IMG/VR virus record: IMGVR_UViG_3300003873_000005
Strand: one strand, 5' to 3'
Source of the DNA: an uncultured virus (IMG/VR IMGVR_UViG_3300003873_000005)
Lineage: Duplodnaviria > Heunggongvirae > Uroviricota > Caudoviricetes
Length of the DNA stretch: 64,000 bases
Below are positions 27,135-38,123 of this stretch, in pieces; position 1 is the stretch's first letter, and each line of letters opens with the position of its first letter. Under the pieces are notes generated by a model. That model was not told where the DNA came from. It searched no databases and was given only the letters and a program-made list of their open reading frames with translations. Position numbers and translations under genes: made by a program.

Positions 27135-27561
27135 TGGGATGGCCAGTCAAAAAGATTATTTAGACTTATTAAAGGAAGAAATGAAATATGATATAAATTT
27201 TATAGTTCATGAATTTGTAGATACAAGAAAAGCGCGAAACTTTGTTGAGAGTAATCCATCTGATTTTTTTGCATGCTATAAATCTACTCCATGGCTAATA
27301 GAAGTTAAATCTAGTATTGATCTAGCACGTTTTCCTTTAAAGAATATAAAAGGTACTCAGATAGGCCTAGGTAGACGATATATGTTATCTGGATGGAACT
27401 ATATGTTTGTAATCCACCATGTAATATGGGATTTATGGTATTTTGTACCATTTGATTTTATTTATAAAACATATATGAGTAAGAAAAGATCAATTAGTTG
27501 GAAAGATTTAAAACCTTTTACAAAACAAAAAAAATATAAATTTTGGAGTATACATGAGTGA
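27118..27561 (+). CDS. RecU-like Holliday junction resolvase
   Basis: PSDF...IEVKS...FPLKNI...Q PD-(D/E)xK pattern. Confidence 0.7.
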   Translation: MKMKNDGMASQKDYLDLLKEEMKYDINFIVHEFVDTRKARNFVESNPSDFFACYKSTPWLIEVKSSIDLARFPLKNIKGTQIGLGRRYMLSGWNYMFVIHHVIWDLWYFVPFDFIYKTYMSKKRSISWKDLKPFTKQKKYKFWSIHE

Positions 27562-28456
27562 TATAATTATTGGTGATGAACACCTAGATAAGGTTAGAAA
27601 AGTAACCTATGGTAATGCAGATATTTGGAATAATAAACCTTTTGAAATAACTAAAAGTATAATAGACTTTGAAAAGCCCACGAGAATAATTTTTCTTGGT
27701 GATATTTTCGATAAATATAAACCGGATAGTTTATCCACGGTTAAGTTCATTTCTATGATAAAAGACATAGATACTTATATAATAGAAGGCAATCATGATA
27801 GACCAAAAATGAATCAGCCTTACTGTTTTGAAGAGTTAGATACTTTATCAAATATTACTATTATAAAAAGAAATACTATAAGTAATTTTGCACCAAAATT
27901 TTATGGTATAGGCTGGTGTGATACACAAGAAATTTTTGTTTCAAAACTAGAGTTATTACTAGACGAAATTGAAGAGGAAAGTATTCTTTGTTTACACTGT
28001 AATCATAGTGATTGGAGAAATGAGATGGATAATTATATCCCTGAAAATATTATAAATCAGTTTAGTGCTTTAAATGTTACTATTTTTGCAGGTCATGACC
28101 ACAGCCATTTTGCTATTAAAAACTTTATTAGTCTTGGTTCTGTAATCCCAAATAATATAGGAGAAATTGGAGAAAAAAAATATTGGAGTTCAAAAACTGG
28201 GCTTGTTACTATAGATACAAAAGTTGGTAATAGTCTTAAGGATGATGTAATATTACTTAGAAAAGAACCCTTTGATATTGATCCTAATAAGGCTTATTAT
28301 ATAAAAACAAAAAATGCTATAGAACAAGATGACCTAAAACTTGAAGAAAAAAATTTACATATAGATATACTTGAAGATTTTACTACAGAGGCTATTAAAG
28401 CTGGGTTTGACCTAGAGTATGTAAACAAGCACTTAGGAGGCACTGATGATAACTAG
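27554..28456 (+). CDS. SbcD/Mre11-like metallophosphoesterase
   Basis: GDEH, LGDIFD, GNHD, GHDH. Confidence 0.9.
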   Translation: MSDIIIGDEHLDKVRKVTYGNADIWNNKPFEITKSIIDFEKPTRIIFLGDIFDKYKPDSLSTVKFISMIKDIDTYIIEGNHDRPKMNQPYCFEELDTLSNITIIKRNTISNFAPKFYGIGWCDTQEIFVSKLELLLDEIEEESILCLHCNHSDWRNEMDNYIPENIINQFSALNVTIFAGHDHSHFAIKNFISLGSVIPNNIGEIGEKKYWSSKTGLVTIDTKVGNSLKDDVILLRKEPFDIDPNKAYYIKTKNAIEQDDLKLEEKNLHIDILEDFTTEAIKAGFDLEYVNKHLGGTDDN

Positions 28457-30398
28457 AATAATTTTAAATAACTATAGGTCATACAAAAAACTTGATAAGA
28501 ATTTTTCAGACGGCCTGAATGTAATTCAAGGTAGAAATGCCACTGGAAAATCTACAATAGTTGAAGCTATTGGCTATGCTTTACAAGGAAGTTCTTTACA
28601 AAAAGGCGCGGCTACTACCTGGATAAAAAAAGGTGAAACTGTAGGCAGTGTTACTCTTTATATTGATGATTTTGTAATTATTAGAGGAAATAAAAAACAA
28701 ATAGTTAAAGATATTGAAGGGGCTATAGTGGCTCGAGGCCATACTGGAATTAATGAGTGGGTGACTAAAGTCTATGGCTTATCTCCTGAGCTATATAAAA
28801 CTTCTTTTCATATAGCTCAAAAAGAAATTTCAGCCTTTGCTAGTCTTGGTTCAGTAGAAAAAACAAAAAGAGTAGAAAAATTGTTACGTCTTGATATTAT
28901 AGATAAAATAAAGCAAGAAGCTCAATTAAGTAGACGAGATACACTAAGTAAATATACGATAGTAGAATCTATAATGGCCAATATAGTTAATTACACTAAA
29001 CAAGACTTAAAAGATACAAAAGATAGTCTTATTGACCTAGAAACAAAAATAAAAGATCTTAGGCAAGAAGAGCTAAATCAAGCCTCTTTAATATCTGAAT
29101 ATAATTCAAAAGTAGCTTTATACAATAAAAAAATTAGCCTTAAAAAGAGACTTTTAAATAAAAGCTTAACCAAACAAAACTTAAAGGATAAAATACAAGA
29201 AACTGAGGATAAAAAGGCTAAAAATTTAGTTATACTCGCAGATAAAAAGTTATTTAATGAAAAAATAAATTTATTGAATACTTTACAGCATGCAAATATA
29301 CAAGAAAAATATTTCACTAAGTCTTTAGAGCATTGTATGGATCTTAAAAGTAAGATTAAAAATAGCAATTTAGCTGTAGAAAATTTAAAAGAGTATACAG
29401 AAGCTGAATTATCTTGGGCTAAGTCAGCTGATACAGAAAAAGATCTAAATAGTTTAAAAGTAGAAATATTAGATCTAGATAGAAGAATAAAAACCTTAAA
29501 AGCTAAACCTACTACTTGCCCTACTTGTGGACAAACTATGCCTGATATACACGAACTACCAAAAGAAATAAGTATACTAGAGCTTAAAAAGGAAGAGCTG
29601 TCTACAAAATTTGTAAAAAAAGAAAAAAGATTTGAAATAACTAGGCTTAAAGAGTCTATATTTAAGACTAAATATACCTTAGAAGATATAAGTATAATGT
29701 TAAATTCTATAAAGTTAAAAGATAAGTATCTAAGATTACAAGAGTTAAAAGATGTAGAAGAACCTAAAGAACAATTGGTTAGTGATAGCTATTTAGACAG
29801 TACTATATTAGATTTTAAGCACGACTTAAGTATTAAAGAGAGACTAGAAGAATATAAAGATATAAGTTTACCAAAGCCTATACAAGTTAAAAAATTTAGC
29901 CAAATCATAGAAGATTTAACTGCAAAAGAACATGAACTAAATAAAAAGCTTAATTCTATAGAACAAAGTATAGAGACTAAAAAGAAAAATGCTTCTTTAC
30001 TAGAAGAACTAACAAAAGATAAAGACCTAATAGAAGACTTTATAAAATTTATTGCTAGTTATAGGAACGCCTTTAGTTCTAAAATAGTACCTATGATAGA
30101 AGAAAATGCAAATAAAATTGTAAATTATCTATCCGAAGGTAAAATAAAGAAACTTAGCCTTGAAAACTCCTATTCTATTAGAGATTATGACTTGTATAGT
30201 GGTGCAGAAGAAGATTCAGCTAACTTTGCTTTAAGATTGGCTATTGCTCAAATATCTAGACTTGGCAGTTATAATACTATTATACTAGATGAAATAGCCT
30301 CAAGTTACGATTCTATAAGAGAAGATAGACTTATGGACGTATTAAAATCTACAGATATGCAAATAATTTATATCTCACATGGAGATGTAAATTATTAA
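28446..30398 (+). CDS. SbcC/Rad50-like ATPase
   Basis: GRNATGKS, CPTCG zinc hook, SGAE, ILDE, ISH. Confidence 0.93.
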   Translation: MITRIILNNYRSYKKLDKNFSDGLNVIQGRNATGKSTIVEAIGYALQGSSLQKGAATTWIKKGETVGSVTLYIDDFVIIRGNKKQIVKDIEGAIVARGHTGINEWVTKVYGLSPELYKTSFHIAQKEISAFASLGSVEKTKRVEKLLRLDIIDKIKQEAQLSRRDTLSKYTIVESIMANIVNYTKQDLKDTKDSLIDLETKIKDLRQEELNQASLISEYNSKVALYNKKISLKKRLLNKSLTKQNLKDKIQETEDKKAKNLVILADKKLFNEKINLLNTLQHANIQEKYFTKSLEHCMDLKSKIKNSNLAVENLKEYTEAELSWAKSADTEKDLNSLKVEILDLDRRIKTLKAKPTTCPTCGQTMPDIHELPKEISILELKKEELSTKFVKKEKRFEITRLKESIFKTKYTLEDISIMLNSIKLKDKYLRLQELKDVEEPKEQLVSDSYLDSTILDFKHDLSIKERLEEYKDISLPKPIQVKKFSQIIEDLTAKEHELNKKLNSIEQSIETKKKNASLLEELTKDKDLIEDFIKFIASYRNAFSSKIVPMIEENANKIVNYLSEGKIKKLSLENSYSIRDYDLYSGAEEDSANFALRLAIAQISRLGSYNTIILDEIASSYDSIREDRLMDVLKSTDMQIIYISHGDVNY

Positions 30399-32200
30399 TA
30401 TGTAATTGGTATATTAGGGTCTAAATAGCCCTGATATACAGCATAAGCATACGCTTCACTAGTAATTAACCACTTAACTTTATCAGCATATATATTATAG
30501 GCAGTTATAAAGTCGTTCATATCTAAACTTGTATGATCTATAGAAGGTATAAAATTGTTAATAAATCTATACTCAACCGTTATTAAAGAAGATCCATCTG
30601 AATTATTATGTATAATCATATCTTTATACCTACAAGGAGCTAATTTTTCTGAAATATTACCAGTCATATTTTGAGATAAAATTTTTGTCCAATCAAAAGT
30701 CATAGAAGATACCCCTGGAAATATCTGCATAACTTGACCTGCATCTAAATCTATTTTAGATAGATTACTGGCTTCAACAGGAGAAAAATTTAAAAACTTT
30801 GTAGCTATATAATATAGAACATTTATTGTTTTTTCTATATCTGTAAAGTCTGCATTAACTCTATAAGCCTTCGGAGTAAAATAATCATAAATATTAAATA
30901 AGACTACACTTATATCAACGCCATCTGTATAAGAGTCTTTAAACTTACCTACAAGATTGCCCTTAGAATACAAACTGTATTTAGTTATAGGCATTTGTGT
31001 ATACATAAAATCATTATAACCAGCCTCCATAGTCGGTGCTTGCGTATAACTTAAAGAACTACAATCCTTACAAGGGTCACCAAGGATATACTCCGGTACA
31101 CAACCAAAATCAGTACAGATCTCACCTTGTGCACAGCTAGAATTTATAGTTAATTTATCAGATGGAACTTTAAAAATATCACTTAGAGTAAAACATGGGC
31201 CAATTTCTTTGCCATTATATAGTACTTTTTGACAAGCTTTTATATATTGCCCATCGTTAACTTCTTCTGGGTCATAACATTTAGTATCTTTTGGAAAACA
31301 GCCAAAATCAGTACAAATGTTATCTTGCATACAAGTGTTACCTATAGTTATTTCAGTAGGGTTAACTTTAAATGGTTTTATTGTGTCAAAACAAGAAGGA
31401 ATAGTAAGACCTTTATACTGGGCAAGTTGGCAATCTAATAAATAACTATCAGTTACATCTGGTAGTTCTTCATAACAGGGGGTACTAGGACACTGCTTAA
31501 AAGTACTTGGATCAAGAGTATAGTTTGCCCAGCCTTTAGGTGTTTTTAATAAGAATGTGAAAGGACTAGGAATAGTAAAAATTAATTTTTGAGCATCTGT
31601 ACAAGTGCTTAAAAGTGCATTTGGAATACTAAATAGAGGCGAAAATACTGCATTATCTTTATAGCTAGTATTTTCATAATAAGGGTTATTTATAGCTATT
31701 TTATTGGTTGTTATATCATAGCAATCAATTAGACTTAAAAAATCATCTAGATCTATATCTCTTTTAAACTTCCATTTAGGATCTGTAATTAAATCTAGAT
31801 TATTATCAGTTATAGGGTTATAAGTTTCTGGATAATCTAAACAGTCTTGACTATAAGTATCACAAATGGCTAAATGGCTTTCTGGAATTATACTTATTCG
31901 TCTATACTTACCAGCTTTTAAGACTAACTTTAAACCTGTAGCTGTATTAGAAAGATTTAAAACTAGTTTAAAATCAGTTATAGAAGCCTCAATATCTATA
32001 TCCACTGCACTAAGTTCAAAGGCACTGTTATATACTGTTTTAGTCTCTTTGTTGTACTGAGTTTCAAAAGAATATGGATTATGTAATACTAGTTTATTGG
32101 CCTTTTTATTATAACATTCTATAATATTGGTTAAAAAAGTAGCGTACGTTAGCTTACATTGTTCTTGTTTTACCAGTTCTACTCCTGAATATTCAGTCAT
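30395..32200 (-). CDS. Cys-rich virion-associated protein with internal duplications
   Basis: Duplicated C..ICTDFGC.P and I.CY....NK....NPY segments; last gene of the late arm. Confidence 0.6.
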   Translation of the reverse strand: MTEYSGVELVKQEQCKLTYATFLTNIIECYNKKANKLVLHNPYSFETQYNKETKTVYNSAFELSAVDIDIEASITDFKLVLNLSNTATGLKLVLKAGKYRRISIIPESHLAICDTYSQDCLDYPETYNPITDNNLDLITDPKWKFKRDIDLDDFLSLIDCYDITTNKIAINNPYYENTSYKDNAVFSPLFSIPNALLSTCTDAQKLIFTIPSPFTFLLKTPKGWANYTLDPSTFKQCPSTPCYEELPDVTDSYLLDCQLAQYKGLTIPSCFDTIKPFKVNPTEITIGNTCMQDNICTDFGCFPKDTKCYDPEEVNDGQYIKACQKVLYNGKEIGPCFTLSDIFKVPSDKLTINSSCAQGEICTDFGCVPEYILGDPCKDCSSLSYTQAPTMEAGYNDFMYTQMPITKYSLYSKGNLVGKFKDSYTDGVDISVVLFNIYDYFTPKAYRVNADFTDIEKTINVLYYIATKFLNFSPVEASNLSKIDLDAGQVMQIFPGVSSMTFDWTKILSQNMTGNISEKLAPCRYKDMIIHNNSDGSSLITVEYRFINNFIPSIDHTSLDMNDFITAYNIYADKVKWLITSEAYAYAVYQGYLDPNIPITY

Positions 32201-32201
32201 T

Positions 32202-33206
32202 TTATTCCGCCTCTACTATAGTTACTTTATCATATTCAAAGAGAGGTTTAAAATCTGAAGGACCTAATATTTCAGACATATCGCAGTTTTGTAAACTCAT
32301 TAAATGATCCTTCTCTGCTTGAGTTATTCCACAGTTTTGTAAACTCATTAAATGATCCTTCTCTGCTTGAGTTAAACCTTGACCTACTATATCACAGTTT
32401 TGTAAACTCATTAAATGATCCTTTTCTGCTTGAGTTAAGCTAGTAGACACTGTTAAAGACCTTACGCCATAGTTCCAAATGGCCTTAATTAACTTATCAC
32501 TATAGCTCCAAGAAGTTCCATTCTGCGAAGTACCTTCATTCATAATATACCCATTTACAACATAACCTTCATCTACATAGTTACTTAAGTTTTCAGTTCC
32601 TACATAACCAGGTTCAACATAACCAGGCTCAGCATAACCATCTACCATATAGGTAGTTGTATTATCTCCCACATCTCTTAACTCAAATAGAGCTTCCATA
32701 ACTTCTGTTGCATCTGGCAATGACATTAGTTTATCATGTTCTTCTTTTGTTAGTCCAGAAGCACTAGTTGGAATAGCCATTAATTTATCATGTTCTTCTT
32801 GAGTTAAACCTGTACCACCTGATGCTACTGTAATTATTTCTACTTGTTTTGGTATATAGTTTATATCTACACGATTTGAAAGGCTATTTCTATTAAAACA
32901 TTCTACACCCTCAAGACCAATATCAGATATTATAGTTTCATCTATAGTTAAATAGCCTTCAGCATCAAAAGGAACTATATAAGTACCTCCCAGTAAGACT
33001 AAATAACGTTCTGTTCTTTTAGAGCCACTAGGGTTTTTTTTCTCTGCTCCTCGCATAGTCATAAATACATCAAAAGGTCTTAAAGACTCATCTGTTAACC
33101 TTAAATTTCGCATAGCCCTGTAAATATCTATAGGATGAACTAAAGTATTGACAGTAGATTTGTCTAAATAAACTAACCTATTTACTGGGTCTATATGATC
33201 TATCAT
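32202..33206 (-). CDS. putative structural protein with GLTQ.E.D.LM repeats
   Basis: Repeats of TQAEKDHLMSLQNC; YVEPGYV-like motifs. Confidence 0.65.
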   Translation of the reverse strand: MIDHIDPVNRLVYLDKSTVNTLVHPIDIYRAMRNLRLTDESLRPFDVFMTMRGAEKKNPSGSKRTERYLVLLGGTYIVPFDAEGYLTIDETIISDIGLEGVECFNRNSLSNRVDINYIPKQVEIITVASGGTGLTQEEHDKLMAIPTSASGLTKEEHDKLMSLPDATEVMEALFELRDVGDNTTTYMVDGYAEPGYVEPGYVGTENLSNYVDEGYVVNGYIMNEGTSQNGTSWSYSDKLIKAIWNYGVRSLTVSTSLTQAEKDHLMSLQNCDIVGQGLTQAEKDHLMSLQNCGITQAEKDHLMSLQNCDMSEILGPSDFKPLFEYDKVTIVEAE

Positions 33207-33227
33207 AAAGTTAAATCTCCATTTTGC

Positions 33228-33263
33228 TTAAAGTCTTATAATATTTTTACTATAAGACTTTAA
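33228..33263 (-). terminator. intergenic hairpin
   Basis: 13-bp stem TTAAAGTCTTATA/TATAAGACTTTAA. Confidence 0.55.
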
Positions 33264-33280
33264 ACTGAGTAGTCTAATGG

Positions 33281-34933
33281 CTAAGAATTATTTTCAACAG
33301 CTGGTGCACAAGTAAATGAGATTGTTGTACTTCTTGTCAAAGTATACAATGTTTTAGCTTGGGTTGCACCCCCATCACCTTCACATACAAAAACACAGTT
33401 TTTATTAGCTCCAGCAGATCCTAAAACAGTGTCACTATCATAGTCGAAGTTAAAATCAATTTCATCATTTACATCAGCACTGCTAGCTAAGCCTTTTACA
33501 GGATTACCTGCATTATCTTGAACTGTGATAGCACTTGCTGTATTATAATCAGCAGCTCCAAAAGATTGATACCAAGCTTTTGGGTCACCCTTAGCTGTAC
33601 TTCCTACGTCTACCTTTACCCCAACTAAGAATTGGTAAGATTTTGATGCACCACTGTCATCAGTAAATTTTAATCTTTGTTGGTCTGAAGTAGGGATATT
33701 GTAAATATACAAACCTAAACTGTCAGCACCACTTCTTAAAATAACTTGCCCAGCTGCATTATAATAATACCAAGTATTTACATCTTTACCAATAGTTGTT
33801 GTGTTAGTACCACTATCTATATCAGTAGTTGCCATTGCAGCTGCATCAAGCCAAGCTACACATTCAGCAAGCTTAGCTTGCCCATTAGGGGTTGTGTCAT
33901 CTGTTCCTGAGCCATAGTTGTGTAAAACCCAAGTAAATGTTCCAGCTGATTCTGCAAACTCATCTCTAGTTACAGGTGTAGATAAGTTTTCTAACTTCAT
34001 ATTTTTCCAAACACCTGCTGGTGTAGTCCATACATCTACAAATGGCATATCTGTATTATTTGTAGTCAAATGAGGTGTTTCATTAACAGCAAAACCAGTT
34101 GAATATCCACCAAGTTCAGCAATACTTAAATCAGTGTCTGTTGCTTTTCTATCATGTGTTTCACCATAAGTTCTAATTGAAACAATTTCAGGATTTTTTG
34201 TATTATCAACAGGGGTACCACTATTATAATCATACACCAATACAGCTTCATCTATTTGTCCTACTTTAGAATAATCAACCGCTGTAGTAAATTTACCAAG
34301 TTGATAATAGGGTTGTGAAGTAGGTTCTATATTAGATAAACCTTTGTTACCAAAGTATATTTTTTGTACCTGCCCAGAGGCATCATATTCATTCCAACCA
34401 GAACCTCTAATAATTTTACTATCAGCATTTGTTGATGGGATTCTACCTTTTATAAAGTTATAAGCTCCACCAAATTTAAATGTTCCTGAGGTCCACCTAT
34501 CATATTGTCTTAATATTTCATCTCTTGCTCTTTCTTGGTTTTCAAAAGCATATATCGCTTCAAATTTAATGCCATCAGTTGCTAATAATGGGTTAAGTGA
34601 ACATTCATCAGCTGTTCCAGTACCCGTTCCTGACCCAGTTGCTTTAAATATTAATCCAACTGTATTAGTTGCTGCCCCAATAGTAGTAAAATCAGTACTA
34701 CCTACAGCTGTAATCATATAATATGTGTCTGCTACCATGCTAGTTGCAACCACATCTGCTGTTCCTGTTGGAGTTACAGCCCTTGTTAAATCTATATATG
34801 GTGCCTCAGAAGCACTAAGAAATTCTATCTTAGCATTTGTAGCATCAAAATAGATATTACCATTTATATTCCCACTTCTACTACCTGTACTCTGTACAAG
34901 AGTAGAATCATAATTGGATAAGTCAATTACCAT
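33281..34933 (-). CDS. virion structural protein
   Basis: Y.I..VG.TDFT.IGA..N..G..F.ATG.G.GTGTA module seen in phage structural proteins; late-arm position. Confidence 0.7.
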   Translation of the reverse strand: MVIDLSNYDSTLVQSTGSRSGNINGNIYFDATNAKIEFLSASEAPYIDLTRAVTPTGTADVVATSMVADTYYMITAVGSTDFTTIGAATNTVGLIFKATGSGTGTGTADECSLNPLLATDGIKFEAIYAFENQERARDEILRQYDRWTSGTFKFGGAYNFIKGRIPSTNADSKIIRGSGWNEYDASGQVQKIYFGNKGLSNIEPTSQPYYQLGKFTTAVDYSKVGQIDEAVLVYDYNSGTPVDNTKNPEIVSIRTYGETHDRKATDTDLSIAELGGYSTGFAVNETPHLTTNNTDMPFVDVWTTPAGVWKNMKLENLSTPVTRDEFAESAGTFTWVLHNYGSGTDDTTPNGQAKLAECVAWLDAAAMATTDIDSGTNTTTIGKDVNTWYYYNAAGQVILRSGADSLGLYIYNIPTSDQQRLKFTDDSGASKSYQFLVGVKVDVGSTAKGDPKAWYQSFGAADYNTASAITVQDNAGNPVKGLASSADVNDEIDFNFDYDSDTVLGSAGANKNCVFVCEGDGGATQAKTLYTLTRSTTISFTCAPAVENNS

Positions 34934-34946
34934 TTTAAATCCCCTT

Positions 34947-36716
34947 CTAGTTATTTATGTCTTTTTCAAGTGTTATTGTAACGCTTTTATTTGAATCGCT
35001 TAAAGTATAATATGTATCACTTTCTACGAAATCCTCTTGATTATGTGGGAGTATTTGAACTGCCATCACTTTATCCTGTGTATAATTATATTGATAAGTT
35101 TGATTGTCTGCAGTTGCACTTTCTTCCCCTGCTAAGTTTATAGCCCCATCAAGGCTTCCTTTATTATTTACTTCATATAGCCTCCATTCATACCCAGTTA
35201 TACTTGGGGATAGTGTAAATTTGAAATTAACTACCTCGTGAATATCTACCTGTCCTGTACCATTTCCTGGGTTGTCTACTACTATATTAGTATTGTTAAT
35301 TGTGTTTATTATTAAATTATGGCTAGAATCATCATTATACACCTTACCTGAAATTTGAACATTACTGAAAGTTATTGTGCTATCTGCACCTGTATTTATA
35401 TGTAAATCCCCTGTTAAATTTAAATCACTAATATTAGTTGCTGCAGTTAATAATATTAAACCATTTATATTCATAGCACCATTTATATCACTATTAGTTA
35501 TAAGTTCCCATCCGTTAGTCATAGTATAGTTTATACCATCTATTGTAGTCAAGGGTAAATCATATTTAATATTCGTTTGTCTTGATGACCAATATTCTAC
35601 ATAATCATAAATATCATTTGGAGTTTTTGAAGCACTTACTGTAATTGTATTTGCTGTACTATCTATAACAATATCAGATATATTACTTGCGTCTGCCTCT
35701 GAAAGAGTTACAAAGTTATTTATATTTAAATAAGTTGATTGGTCTAATGGTTTATTAACTATTGTAACAAGCCCATAGGCTTTATATCCATATTTTCGCA
35801 CTTTATACACAACAGGATTTTTAGTGTTTGGTGTTGTGCCTCCTGCTCTATCATAAGTATTAGCAATTATATTTATAGGGGTATAAGCACCATTATTATC
35901 TGATAATACATTTAAAAGTTCAGTATTAGTATTATCTTCTATATACACTACTGCATTTGATACAACTGTTGTACCCTCTCTTATAATAGTCTTAAAAGAA
36001 TATTCCTCTTGAACTAAATAATCTGCTTTATCACTACCACCCACAGATACAGTCCAACTAGATACTGTACAATTTATAACATTTAATTGTGCAAAACTAT
36101 TATCGTTAGGTAACCATAAAGATAGTAATGTTGAGTATGTAAAAGCACTATTTTTAATTGTTGCATTTATACCATCATCTAAGTATAATGGACTTTGAAT
36201 ACTACAGTTATCTACAGTCATATCAGGTGTAAATAAATAAAATTGAACATCAGGTTTGATTGTTGTATATGTTAGAGTTCCAGCACAAGCATATACAATA
36301 ATACTTGTTAATTCAGTAACATCTAAAAATGAATATGTTCCTCTTATCCATACATTATCAGTAGAGTTTGATTTCCAAATACCACTTTCCATAGACAAAT
36401 TCCCATCCACATATTTATAATCACTACCATTATAATCCATTAATCTAAAATCATACAATTCAAATGATGCTTTTGCCTTAACTTCCCAATCAACAGTAGT
36501 CCCTGATACTCCTAATTGTAAATTTTGAGAATTTACTGTCAATGTGGTATCTGTTGAGCCATCCCCAATAATTAAACTAGCTTCTATAAGGTAAGAATTA
36601 TCTAATTGTGTTACAACGCCCCAACTTCCATTATCATTAGCTGTTTTTACATCTGCAAGAGTTGTTGTATCTGTAATAGTAATAATTTTATTAGTTGAGT
36701 CATAGGTTACAGCCAT
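34947..36716 (-). CDS. tail fibre/spike-like beta-rich protein
   Basis: T/N/S-rich, beta-helix-like composition; late-arm position. Confidence 0.6.
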   Translation of the reverse strand: MAVTYDSTNKIITITDTTTLADVKTANDNGSWGVVTQLDNSYLIEASLIIGDGSTDTTLTVNSQNLQLGVSGTTVDWEVKAKASFELYDFRLMDYNGSDYKYVDGNLSMESGIWKSNSTDNVWIRGTYSFLDVTELTSIIVYACAGTLTYTTIKPDVQFYLFTPDMTVDNCSIQSPLYLDDGINATIKNSAFTYSTLLSLWLPNDNSFAQLNVINCTVSSWTVSVGGSDKADYLVQEEYSFKTIIREGTTVVSNAVVYIEDNTNTELLNVLSDNNGAYTPINIIANTYDRAGGTTPNTKNPVVYKVRKYGYKAYGLVTIVNKPLDQSTYLNINNFVTLSEADASNISDIVIDSTANTITVSASKTPNDIYDYVEYWSSRQTNIKYDLPLTTIDGINYTMTNGWELITNSDINGAMNINGLILLTAATNISDLNLTGDLHINTGADSTITFSNVQISGKVYNDDSSHNLIINTINNTNIVVDNPGNGTGQVDIHEVVNFKFTLSPSITGYEWRLYEVNNKGSLDGAINLAGEESATADNQTYQYNYTQDKVMAVQILPHNQEDFVESDTYYTLSDSNKSVTITLEKDINN

Positions 36717-36719
36717 TAG

Positions 36720-37055
36720 TTATCCTTCTTGCCTTACATAAACATTTTGAAGGGCATTAGCAAGTCTTTCATTTTCTTTTTTCATATACTCTATTCTTAC
36801 TTCTGCTTGTTCTAATTTATATTCCCATATTTCTTTAGCCTTATCCCTGCCAAATCTTATACCTGCATTCCAAGCTATATGTTCATAATCTCTTGCGAAA
36901 TCTAAAATAGCCATCATTTCTTTTTCTGAGTATTTAGAAGGAAATTTAATTAATCTTTCATTTGTTTCATTAGCCTCTATACTCCAATCGCTTGTTTTTT
37001 CACCACTACTATGTTGTGTTATATGTGCATTTTCTAATTTTATATATTGTTTCAT
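36720..37055 (-). CDS. hypothetical protein
   Basis: AAGGA RBS; coiled-coil C-terminus. Confidence 0.65.
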   Translation of the reverse strand: MKQYIKLENAHITQHSSGEKTSDWSIEANETNERLIKFPSKYSEKEMMAILDFARDYEHIAWNAGIRFGRDKAKEIWEYKLEQAEVRIEYMKKENERLANALQNVYVRQEG

Positions 37056-37064
37056 TTTAATCCT

Positions 37065-37493
37065 TTAAAAATCTTTATGAAAAAAGAATGCAAGAACCAC
37101 CCCACCTACAATAGTGCTAACTATTGTAAGCAAAACTTTCTTTAACAATTCATTTGGTAAACTTTCCATCTTTTTAATAGCTGTTTCTACCAGGTTTAAA
37201 CGGTTGTTAAAAACTTCTACTATATTATCATAATGTTTTATTTGCTCGGCTCGCACATCTTCTCTAGCTTTAAGCGCTGGGCAACCTGCATTATTACATT
37301 GATTTTCCAATGTCTCCACTCTAACAAAGCATCTTTTGTTAGACAACTGTAAATCTTTAATAGACATATCAACTTCTATTAATTTTGTTAATGTATCAGA
37401 AATACCTGTAAATTGTTTGTCATGTTCTAGCAATTTATTATTAATATTTTGCAAAGCATCAATAATTATTTTATTATTATCATCATTGCCCAT
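37065..37493 (-). CDS. coiled-coil protein with a C-terminal TM helix
   Basis: VLLTIVSTIVGGVVLAFFF; adjacent to the lysis cassette. Confidence 0.65.
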   Translation of the reverse strand: MGNDDNNKIIIDALQNINNKLLEHDKQFTGISDTLTKLIEVDMSIKDLQLSNKRCFVRVETLENQCNNAGCPALKAREDVRAEQIKHYDNIVEVFNNRLNLVETAIKKMESLPNELLKKVLLTIVSTIVGGVVLAFFFHKDF

Positions 37494-37764
37494 CGAGCTT
37501 CCTTATAGCTAAAATGTTATCTTTATAGCCTACTGCTGTGTCCCAAAGTTTTAAAATATAGTTTGCAACACATGATTGCATTTTACATTGAGGTATCTTA
37601 GGCATAGGATTAATTGTTAAAAGTTGTTTAGGTATTTTCACTTTTATAACCTTAATTTTTCTTACTGTTATTACTCTCGTTGGTTGAGGTTTGATATTTC
37701 CGCAACCTGCTAAGAGTATTATTGAGGACAGGAGCAACCATCCCATCATCTTTTGCTTTAACAT
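37483..37764 (-). CDS. o-spanin (Rz1-like lipoprotein)
   Basis: Lipobox LLAGC; Pro-rich; overlaps the i-spanin 3' end in another frame. Confidence 0.8.
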   Translation of the reverse strand: MLKQKMMGWLLLSSIILLAGCGNIKPQPTRVITVRKIKVIKVKIPKQLLTINPMPKIPQCKMQSCVANYILKLWDTAVGYKDNILAIRKLDGQ

Positions 37765-38122
37765 ATTTAATCCTTGTCTCTATTTGTGTAACAATTTTAA
37801 CCCTATTTTTAGCTTTATTATACCTATTTTTAAGCACTCTAATTCTGTACAAATATGTTTGCTTAAGTTTGTCTATTTTAGCTAGATTTTGCTTATTATT
37901 GTATTCTAACTCTGTTACTTTATCTTTATACTTATTTGTTAATTCTTTTTGATATAAAATAGTTTGTTTAGAATATTTTAAAGCTTGTTTTAAACTTGTA
38001 TATTTGTTATACCCAAAATAAACTACTCCTAATAAAGTAACCCCAAGTAATATATCTATCAAAATAGATGATTTACTTCCTAAGAAACTTTTAGCAACTG
38101 CAAATATACTGCTAAACCACAT
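37652..38122 (-). CDS. i-spanin (Rz-like)
   Basis: N-terminal TM plus coiled coil; downstream of the endolysin. Confidence 0.8.
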   Translation of the reverse strand: MWFSSIFAVAKSFLGSKSSILIDILLGVTLLGVVYFGYNKYTSLKQALKYSKQTILYQKELTNKYKDKVTELEYNNKQNLAKIDKLKQTYLYRIRVLKNRYNKAKNRVKIVTQIETRIKYVKAKDDGMVAPVLNNTLSRLRKYQTSTNESNNSKKN

Positions 38123-38123
38123 T

